Part shown: one piece after another, positions 46,793-53,869 of the stretch
Position numbering within the stretch: position 1 is the stretch's first letter
Layout: every line of letters begins with the position of its first letter
DNA from: Verrucomicrobiales bacterium
GTDB lineage: Bacteria; Verrucomicrobiota; Verrucomicrobiia; Verrucomicrobiales; V1-33
Assembly (NCBI GenBank): GCA_031411295.1
Contig: JANOAV010000038.1
Span: 14,345 to 78,344 of the forward strand
Reading direction: 5' to 3'
Length of the DNA stretch: 64,000 nt
Position numbers and translations under genes: made by a program
Notes under the pieces: generated by a model
Told to the model about the DNA's origin: nothing
The model's database searches: none
What the model saw: the letters and a program-made list of their open reading frames with translations, nothing else

Positions 46793-47731
46793 TTAAGGGA
46801 CGGTGGGAGGAACAACTACGACATCGTCGTCGTCGTCTTCTGTTTCGTCGTCATTGTCACCATTGTGGCCACCGTCGTGGTTGCCGTCATGGTGGTGTCC
46901 GTCGTCGTCGATGCCGTCATGGTCATCGTCGTCGTCGTCGTCGTTATCGGCGGTGCCGTCATGATCGTCGTCGTCATCTGCATCGGCAGTGCCGTCGCCA
47001 TCATCGTCGTCATCCACGCCATCTTTGTGGCCGTCACCATCGGTGTCGTCTTCGTCAGCGTCAGCGTTTAGTTTGCCGTCGCCATCAACGTCGTCTTCGG
47101 CCACGGCATTATCTGCCAGACCGTCTCCGTCGATGTCGTCTTCGGCACTGGCGTCATCGGCCTTGCCGTCACCATCGATGTCGGTTTCCGTGGCGGAGTC
47201 GTCGTCTTTGCCGTCGCCATCGATGTCGGTTTCGTTGAGGCTGTCGTCTTGGCGGCCATCACCATCTTCGTCAGTTTCCGTAGCGGCATCGTCGGCTTTG
47301 CCGTCACCATCGATGTCGGTTTCGTTGGCCGCGTCATCAGCCTTGGCATCGCCATCGATGTCGGTTTCCGTGGCGGCGTCATCTTTCTTGCCATCGCCAT
47401 CGATATCCGTTTCAGCGAGGGAGTCGTCCTTCAGGCCGTCGCCATCGATGTCCAATTCCTTGGGGTCATCGTTGTTGAGACGGTCTCCGATGAAGCGGCC
47501 TTTGAAGGGGCCACTGCGGGCGATGCCGCCATCGACATTGGGATCACGGCCATTGGGGATGCCGTCATTGTCCACGTCTGGATCGACGATGTTGGCGATA
47601 CCATCACCATCGAGATCGTCAGCGGGGTTCACTTTGGCTTGGGCTTTGCCAAGTCCCAGAGCAACGGTCACAGCAGCCAGAATGACTGCGGAGCGGAAGC
47701 CCTGTGCGGGTTTGAGTAGTTTGGTTTTCAT
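46793..47731 (-). CDS. Secreted Asp-rich Ca-binding protein with thrombospondin-type-3-like repeats and a poly-Asp/His tail
   Basis: Signal peptide and ~10 tandem 15-aa units 'ETDIDGDGKxDDxxx' (DxDxDGxxDxxD). C-terminus 'DDDDDDDHDGIDDDGHHHDGNHDGGHNGDNDDETEDDDDD'. Confidence 0.75.
   Translation of the reverse strand: MKTKLLKPAQGFRSAVILAAVTVALGLGKAQAKVNPADDLDGDGIANIVDPDVDNDGIPNGRDPNVDGGIARSGPFKGRFIGDRLNNDDPKELDIDGDGLKDDSLAETDIDGDGKKDDAATETDIDGDAKADDAANETDIDGDGKADDAATETDEDGDGRQDDSLNETDIDGDGKDDDSATETDIDGDGKADDASAEDDIDGDGLADNAVAEDDVDGDGKLNADADEDDTDGDGHKDGVDDDDDGDGTADADDDDDHDGTADNDDDDDDDHDGIDDDGHHHDGNHDGGHNGDNDDETEDDDDDVVVVPPTVP
47012..47458. repeat. 45-bp coding tandem repeat array (about 10 units) inside the TSP3 gene
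   Basis: Period-45 repetition visible in the DNA ('gccgtcaccatcgatgtcggtttc...'), corresponding to the 15-aa protein units. Confidence 0.7.
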
Positions 47732-47947
47732 GTGGTTTATTCGGTTTGTTTTTTCCCACTGGGGTTTATACTGTCATAGTTTCTAGCGAAACAGGCGGGG
47801 CTTCGGCTTAGTCTTTTGGACTAGCCGGGGCTCCGTCGTTGATCTCAGTAGCGAATCTGAGATCTTTTTCCGCCCCTGCTGCAGTGGGAACCGGCAGAAG
47901 CGAGAAAGGGTGATGATGGAACAAGAAATTTGCATCAGAAGACGTGC

Positions 47948-49612
47948 TTAAGATTTTGTTAGTTGCAGGCGCGCGAAGCGACGCATGGTGGAAGGAGCCG
48001 GATCCGTGGCCTCGACCCATTCCCATTCCGCGGTGAGCGGCGTGATCGTGAGGGAGGCACCGACCGGAGTGTCCCAGGAAGTTAAATCGGAGCTGAACTG
48101 CGGGGCATAGGTCACACCTCCAGCATTCAGGCCACGGCGGCGGAGGAAACGGAATTTATAGACGGGTGGCTGGCTGTCATGATTCAGTGTTTGATAGGGC
48201 AGCATGCCGTTGCCAGACTGGGTGGTGGTGACAGCATTGGTGCCGGGGATGAACTCTGGCCGGGCATTGCTCTGGGGATCCAAGTTGAGGGCAAATTCCA
48301 ACAAGTTATTCAGGCCGTCGCCATCCGCATCAGCCGTGGGGAGCGCATCCGGTCCGACGAGCAAATTATCAACTGCCCAGCTCGCGAAGGCGTCTTTCGT
48401 GATGCTCACGGTGGCGGTGGAAACCACGCTGACGCTATTGCCCACGGCGTCTGTCAGATCCAGTAAGATCGTGGCTACTCCTGCGACGGAATTCGTTGGC
48501 ACCGTCAGGGGGATTTTGTAAGTTCCGTTGGTGGCAGAACCACTGGTGCGCTGGTTCAGCAGGAAATCGCTGGTGGCGACAATTTCCACCTGATTAGGAC
48601 CGGCTGGCAGCGCCAGGGAAATCGTGCCAGCCTTGAAGCCGCTGAGGTTATCCGCAATAATCAGGGTGGTATTAAATGTTGCGTCAGCGCTGGTCACGTC
48701 CACCGTCGCAAGTGCCGGAACGGCCGATATTAGGGTGGGCGCTGCGAGGTCAACGCTGCCCGTATTGGTAACGGGAAGACCAGCCCCCAAGGCTGCGGGA
48801 AGGCTCTGCCAGCCGAACCCTCCAACCACGAAGACATAATCGGGATCACTTACTGTCGTGGCTAAAGAAATGGCAAACGGCAGCGTCCCTGGCGGGGTAT
48901 ACCGCGGCACGGTGAATCGAAGTTGATAGGTGCCAGCGGTGGTCGTGCCGGAAATGCGATCAGTATCAGAAAACGGGGAGACTGTCAGCAGGGCGCCTTT
49001 CGGGGTGTAGAGTTCGAAAAGCCCCGTGCTCAGCGGATTGCCACTGGCAATGGTAAACTGCACCGTAACGTTGACGTTGGCGGAGGTTACGTTGGCTGGA
49101 GTTGCGCTGTAAGTTACATTGGTAACTAAATTTGCCGGTGCGCCCACGCTCTGTAGATTCAAGGAAATATTTCCCGTCGCCCCCTGAAATCCCTGCACCG
49201 CAATGGCATAAACCACGCCCGCCGTGGCCTCGAAGCGCACTCGACTGGTGGACACCTGACCAGGGAGCACTGGGTCATCATCATCTGCTGCCACCCGCAC
49301 CAGAGCGGTCATCGCAGCTGACTTATAAACTGCCAAAATGGTATCGAAATCACTGCCCGTTGTCGCCAGTTCGAACCAGCCCGTGGCAGGCGCTGTCCAC
49401 GACCACCAGACGGAGGCCCCCGCAGCATCATTCGGCAGAGGTGCGGGCTCGCCCACTTCTGCGGTAGCGCCAAGATTGTTGCCCGTCGCATTGATGGGGG
49501 CCCCTGTGAGAGCTGTGGCACTTGCCAAACCGTCATTTGCCGGAACCGCCACGGCGCTTGTGGAAAGCGCTAAGGAAAACAATGTAAATATTATAATGTG
49601 GGAGAGGCTCAC
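47948..49612 (-). CDS. Secreted protein: N-terminal 'ND..A.A...GEP...VWWxWTAP...FDTxLAVY...DDD' beta domain, Ig-like middle, C-terminal DxDxDG...RRFARL module
   Basis: Signal peptide 'MSLSHIIIFTLFSLALSTSAVA'; motifs as quoted. No enzyme signature recognised. Confidence 0.6.
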   Translation of the reverse strand: MSLSHIIIFTLFSLALSTSAVAVPANDGLASATALTGAPINATGNNLGATAEVGEPAPLPNDAAGASVWWSWTAPATGWFELATTGSDFDTILAVYKSAAMTALVRVAADDDDPVLPGQVSTSRVRFEATAGVVYAIAVQGFQGATGNISLNLQSVGAPANLVTNVTYSATPANVTSANVNVTVQFTIASGNPLSTGLFELYTPKGALLTVSPFSDTDRISGTTTAGTYQLRFTVPRYTPPGTLPFAISLATTVSDPDYVFVVGGFGWQSLPAALGAGLPVTNTGSVDLAAPTLISAVPALATVDVTSADATFNTTLIIADNLSGFKAGTISLALPAGPNQVEIVATSDFLLNQRTSGSATNGTYKIPLTVPTNSVAGVATILLDLTDAVGNSVSVVSTATVSITKDAFASWAVDNLLVGPDALPTADADGDGLNNLLEFALNLDPQSNARPEFIPGTNAVTTTQSGNGMLPYQTLNHDSQPPVYKFRFLRRRGLNAGGVTYAPQFSSDLTSWDTPVGASLTITPLTAEWEWVEATDPAPSTMRRFARLQLTKS

Positions 49613-49759
49613 GAGAGTTCGGATGTGGAATAATCTGGCGCTCAGCAGAGTAGCAGGGGAATGCTCTTGGGGCTGTGCGAAGATCGTTTTGGAGTGACAG
49701 TTCGACTCTCTCAGAATCTGCTGAAATTACAATTTATGTAGCGTAACCAAACGGTCAGA

Positions 49760-51118
49760 TTATGCGTGTGCACCTGCGATCAAGCGGAGTTCAAACTCCG
49801 TGCCTTGATCATCGGATCGCAGCAGCCCTAACGTGCCGCCTTGGGCTTCGGCCAGGCTGCGGGCGATGTTGAGGCCGAGGCCGTGGCCTTTGATGTTTTC
49901 TCCCACATCACCCCGATAGAAGCGCTCGAAGAGATGCTCCTGGCTGCTGGGAGAGATCGGGGTGCCAGTGTTGGCAATGCGGATCCACGGGCCTTGGGGA
50001 TCGGTGCCGGCTTTGATCCAGATGTGACCGCTTTCCGGGGCGTATTTGACCGCGTTCTCCGTGAGGTTTTGTAAAATGATATTCACCCGCTTGGGATCTG
50101 CCAGAGCAGTTAGGGTGGGCGGAACGTCGGTTTCCAAAGTGAGTTGTTTGCTTTGGCAAAGGGCCGCGACATCGTCTGCGGCAGCCAGCACACTTTCTGC
50201 CAGATCCACGTTGCTGGGTTCTACGCTGAGTCGGCCGGCATCGATCTGCGCCAGCAAGAGCAGGTCTTCGACCAAGGTGGACAAGCGGCGGGTTTGTTTG
50301 CGCAGTTCCGCTACTTCGGTTTGTTCTTCCGAGGTTAGATTGGCGGATTTTCCCAGCGAGTCCAAGCCGGCCCGCAAAATGGTGATGGGCGTCTTGAGTT
50401 GATGCGAGGCGTCGGCGGAGAAGCGGGCAGCGGCACGGTAGGCTTTCTGCAGGCGGTCAAATGAAGCGTTCAACACGTGGGTTAGTTGAAAGATTTCATC
50501 TTTGGCCTTGGGCAACGGAAGCCGCTCCTCGGGTTGGGAGGCGCTGATCTTCTGGGCCGCAGCGGAGAGGACACTAACGGGTCGCAAGGCACGCACTCCC
50601 AGCAACCATCCGCCAAGGAAAACGAAGACCCCTGTCAGCGGAATCAAGAGAATCACCGACTGCATGAGGTCGTGCTGCATCTCTTCAATGGTGCCGAGCC
50701 GGGTTCCCAGATGGATCGTTAGGTAACCGTGGCCGAAACTGCCGATGCGGCAGTTGCGGCCGGAAATTTCAATCGTCTGGCTCCCTAGCGGCAGCGAGGA
50801 AAGGTCGTTTTTACCGAGATTGGCGGACTTCCGCAAGGTCTGGCCTTCAGGTCCGAGGATTTGATAGTAACGCCGCCGGAGCGCTTCTGGGATGAAGCGT
50901 TCATCAATGGGTTTGCGGATGTAATCGGTGGGTGCATTGCTGAAGTTCGTGATGTCCCGAATGATCTCCCGGGCGTTCTCTTCCAGTTCGCGATCCAGTT
51001 CCCGAATCTGATAGCGATAAACCAATGGTCGCACTGCCAGCAGACTCGCGACGAGCGCCACCATGGTGAGCACAGCGGCATAGGCCCCAAATTTCTGCTT
51101 CAGCGGCCAACTTCTCAT
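49760..51118 (-). CDS. Sensor histidine kinase (2 TM, HAMP, HisKA, HATPase_c)
   Basis: H-box 'FSADASHQLKTPIT', N-box 'ILQNLTENAVKY', G-boxes 'GHGLGLNI' and 'GGTLGL'. Start set at the ATG at 51118 (MRSWPLKQKF...), which forms ATGA with a TGA in a third frame. The ORF-track start at 51334 reads through the regulator gene. Confidence 0.85.
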   Translation of the reverse strand: MRSWPLKQKFGAYAAVLTMVALVASLLAVRPLVYRYQIRELDRELEENAREIIRDITNFSNAPTDYIRKPIDERFIPEALRRRYYQILGPEGQTLRKSANLGKNDLSSLPLGSQTIEISGRNCRIGSFGHGYLTIHLGTRLGTIEEMQHDLMQSVILLIPLTGVFVFLGGWLLGVRALRPVSVLSAAAQKISASQPEERLPLPKAKDEIFQLTHVLNASFDRLQKAYRAAARFSADASHQLKTPITILRAGLDSLGKSANLTSEEQTEVAELRKQTRRLSTLVEDLLLLAQIDAGRLSVEPSNVDLAESVLAAADDVAALCQSKQLTLETDVPPTLTALADPKRVNIILQNLTENAVKYAPESGHIWIKAGTDPQGPWIRIANTGTPISPSSQEHLFERFYRGDVGENIKGHGLGLNIARSLAEAQGGTLGLLRSDDQGTEFELRLIAGAHA

Positions 51119-51797
51119 GTGCGGCAGGATTGAGGCGGTAGCCGACGCCACGCACGGTCTCGATGAGGGGCTGGGGCCGACCTTCGTCCAGTTTCTTCCG
51201 CAGTCGCATGATAAAGATTTCCACGGTGCGGGTATCGTATTCGTGTTCGCGTTGCCAGATGCGTTCGCAGATTTCGTCGCGACTGAAGGTGCGGCCTGGC
51301 TCCTTGAGGAAGAACGTGAGCACTTCGAATTCACGTGGGGAAAGACTAATCACTTCAGATGCGCGCGTCACCTTGCGTTGCAGGATGTCCATTTTGATAT
51401 CGGCCACCTGCAATGTTTGGCTGGCAACGGGCGCGCTTTGGCGGCGGCCTAGGGCTTCGATGCGGGCCAGCAGTTCGTCCATGGAGAAGGGTTTGGTGAG
51501 GTAGTCATCAGCCCCACTTTTGAGTCCATTGATGCGATCCGCCACTTCTCCGCGGGCGGTCAACATAAGCACGCGAGTGTCATCGCCCGTCTTGCGCAGT
51601 TGGCGCAGGACTTCGAAGCCATCATAGCCACCGGGCAGATTCACATCCAGCACGATCATGTCCAAGCGCTCCTTCTGCGCACACTCCAAGCCTGCGGGAC
51701 CATTGGCTGCCGTATAAACCTCATGCCCCGCGTTTTTCAGCGCCTTCGCGATTTGTTTGGCGAGTTGAGGTTCGTCTTCGACGTTGAGGATGGTCAT
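50904..51797 (-). CDS. OmpR-family response regulator; the ORF as written runs ~70 codons past the normal end into the kinase gene
   Basis: 'ILNVEDEPQL...DMIVLDVNLPG.DG...ADDYLTKPF' receiver domain plus the winged helix 'LSPREFEVL...VRGVGYRL'. The expected stop is the TGA of the ATGA at 51115-51118, reachable only with a 1-nt insertion in 51115-51134. Confidence 0.8.
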   Translation of the reverse strand: MTILNVEDEPQLAKQIAKALKNAGHEVYTAANGPAGLECAQKERLDMIVLDVNLPGGYDGFEVLRQLRKTGDDTRVLMLTARGEVADRINGLKSGADDYLTKPFSMDELLARIEALGRRQSAPVASQTLQVADIKMDILQRKVTRASEVISLSPREFEVLTFFLKEPGRTFSRDEICERIWQREHEYDTRTVEIFIMRLRKKLDEGRPQPLIETVRGVGYRLNPAAHEKLAAEAEIWGLCRCAHHGGARRESAGSATIGLSLSDSGTGSRTGRERPGDHSGHHELQQCTHRLHPQTH

Positions 51798-51930
51798 GGC
51801 AGCAGGGAGTTCGGAGGGATGATAAGGGAGAAATGGATTGCAGGCAATGATTGCTTTCCTGCCTGGGTTCCTACAGAAATCCCGTGTTGTGGGGAGCACA
51901 GCACGGGATTTCGCAGAGTTTAAATGATTG

Positions 51931-53703
51931 TTAGCTGGGCGGTGCTACCGGAGCGGTGCCTGTGAAGAAAATAACTTCCCCCTGACTGAGGCTGACGGGG
52001 AGTCCGGCTACGGCAAAGTCTAACAAGAGTTCTGCGGGATCGTTGGGGTTAAGTTCGAAGCGAATTTTACCCTCGCCAGCCACGACGATAATCATTCCGC
52101 GCGCAGTCCCGCCTACGTTTAGGGTGTAGGTGCCAGCGGCCAGATGTTCTACCTCCACTTCCATGGAGACCACGCCTGCGATGCCGAACTGCACTTGGAT
52201 TTCGCCCTTGGCGGTCAACGGAGCGCTGGCCGTGGGACTTAGAGAGGAAACGATGGCTGCGCCACCGCCGTTATCTCCACCAGTTCCAGCGCCACCATCT
52301 CCCGGAGCGATTGGCAGCGTGCCTGTGAAGAAGATGTTGGCACCTTGAGCGATGACCACCGGCAGTCCTGAGATCGGGAAATTCAGTCCCAGTTCACCTT
52401 CGCTAAGGGTGGGGGAAACATCAAATTTCAATTCTCCTTCGTTTCCACTAACAATGATGGATCCGCGCACGGTGCCATCCACGAGGAAACTGTAAGTGCC
52501 GGCGGGCATGGATTCCAATTCCACCTGAAGTTTCTTGGCTCCGGTTAGGCTCCATTCCACTTCGATCTTGCCTTTGGCTGCTACACTGGCAGCAGGTCCA
52601 CGGAGGAGGCTGACGTTCCCGGGAGTCGTGGTGGTGCCGCCACCGGTGTAGGTAGGCGGAGTAGGAACGATGCCCGTGAAATAGGTGATGCCATTGCGGC
52701 TGATGATGATGGGTTTACCGATGACTTCAATGGTGAGGTTGATCTCGTTGGCCGCGTTGGCATTGGTTTCCCATTCCTGTTCGCCTTCCAGATCGCCCCC
52801 GTCCTGGATCATATTGAGCTGGCCGATCAGCGTTCCGTCCACGGTTACATCGTAAGCCCCAGCGGGGAAGTCCCGGCCGTCCACCTCCATTTCGATCTTA
52901 CCGGTCGCCATGCGTTGGATTTTGACCTGGGCCCGGCAGCCAGAGGGAGCGTTGGCGGTCTTCGTCAGGGTGATTTGCACTTCCTGTTCGTCGGCTTCCT
53001 CGTGGTGGTCGGCATCGTTATTGTCGTCCTCGCCATCGTTGTCGTCATCGTTGTCGTCGCGATCCTTCATGCCGTCGCCATCGTCATCGTCCTCGTCCGT
53101 GGCAGCATTTAGTTTACCATCGCCATCAATGTCTTCGTCCACGGAAGCGGAGTTGCCATTGTTGTCGCCATCAATGTCGTCGTCCGAACCATCGGAGTTG
53201 CCATCACCATCAATGTCCATTTCAGAGTCATCGTCATCGCTCAGACTGTCGCCATCGATGTCGTCTTCCGAGAGATCGTCGTCCTTACGGCCATCGCCAT
53301 CAATGTCCATTTCAGCGGCGGAGCTATCGAGGCGACGATCGCCATCGATGTCCAATTCCAGTGCATCGTCATCCCTCTTTCCGTCACCATCGATGTCAGA
53401 CTCCGCCAGGGAGTCATCATCCTGCCCGTCGTCATCAATGTCTTTTTCCGCCGGGCTGTCGTTGTTGACGTGGTCTCCGATGTATTTCCCGGCAAAAGGA
53501 CCGTATTTGCAAATGCCGCCATCGACGTTGTCGTCCAGCGCGTTGGGGATGCCGTCATTGTCGATGTCAGGATCCACGATGTTCGGGATGCCGTCGCCAT
53601 CGAGATCTGGAGCCACCCCGGCAGACATCGCAGGCGCACCGAAGCACAGGACCAGGAGGGTCGCTGCGGTGGCTGCGGATTTGGTAAGGGATTTTTTAAT
53701 CAT
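51931..53703 (-). CDS. Secreted Asp-rich TSP3-repeat protein (paralog of 46793..47731) fused to three ~105-aa uncharacterised beta repeats
   Basis: Signal peptide, and an N-terminal 'DLDGDGIPNIVDPDIDNDGIPN...NVDGG' nearly identical in pattern to the paralog. C-terminal repeats '...KG.IEVE......L.VE.E..PAGTY...VDGT.RG.I.V...EGELKF.....E..L.F...GLPV...QG..IFFTGT.P'. Confidence 0.75.
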   Translation of the reverse strand: MIKKSLTKSAATAATLLVLCFGAPAMSAGVAPDLDGDGIPNIVDPDIDNDGIPNALDDNVDGGICKYGPFAGKYIGDHVNNDSPAEKDIDDDGQDDDSLAESDIDGDGKRDDDALELDIDGDRRLDSSAAEMDIDGDGRKDDDLSEDDIDGDSLSDDDDSEMDIDGDGNSDGSDDDIDGDNNGNSASVDEDIDGDGKLNAATDEDDDDGDGMKDRDDNDDDNDGEDDNNDADHHEEADEQEVQITLTKTANAPSGCRAQVKIQRMATGKIEMEVDGRDFPAGAYDVTVDGTLIGQLNMIQDGGDLEGEQEWETNANAANEINLTIEVIGKPIIISRNGITYFTGIVPTPPTYTGGGTTTTPGNVSLLRGPAASVAAKGKIEVEWSLTGAKKLQVELESMPAGTYSFLVDGTVRGSIIVSGNEGELKFDVSPTLSEGELGLNFPISGLPVVIAQGANIFFTGTLPIAPGDGGAGTGGDNGGGAAIVSSLSPTASAPLTAKGEIQVQFGIAGVVSMEVEVEHLAAGTYTLNVGGTARGMIIVVAGEGKIRFELNPNDPAELLLDFAVAGLPVSLSQGEVIFFTGTAPVAPPS

Positions 53704-53869
53704 GGGGTGCTGTCATTTGAAGGATTCAATGGCGCTCGCAACTATACTAGGCTGCCAGGGGCATTTCTGCAAAATTTCTAGGGTAACGAGTTGGTTGGAA
53801 TTTACGCAGGCTTGATAAATCAAGGATTGGGCGGGACGGAAATTTCGAAAAAATGCGTTCATCTGGCTG

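Noticed and set aside
47012-47458. Regular short tandem repeats that might suggest a CRISPR array
   Set aside because: The units are contiguous with no unique spacers, are in frame, and encode DxDxDG repeats. No CRISPR array or cas genes are visible anywhere in the window.
46989-47786. 265-aa Ser-rich ORF (and the similar 301-aa ORF at 52910-53815)
   Set aside because: These are mirror-frame artefacts: GAC/GAT-rich Asp codons on the minus strand read as Ser codons (TCN) on the plus strand, giving SPS periodicity. The minus-strand genes have signal peptides and TSP3 motifs.
50904-51115. C-terminal 70 aa of the response-regulator ORF as a genuine extra domain overlapping the kinase gene
   Set aside because: The translation (AAEAEIWGLCRCAHHGGARRESAGS...) is noise-like, while the other frame encodes the kinase TM/HAMP region. 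A lost stop or indel is the simpler explanation.
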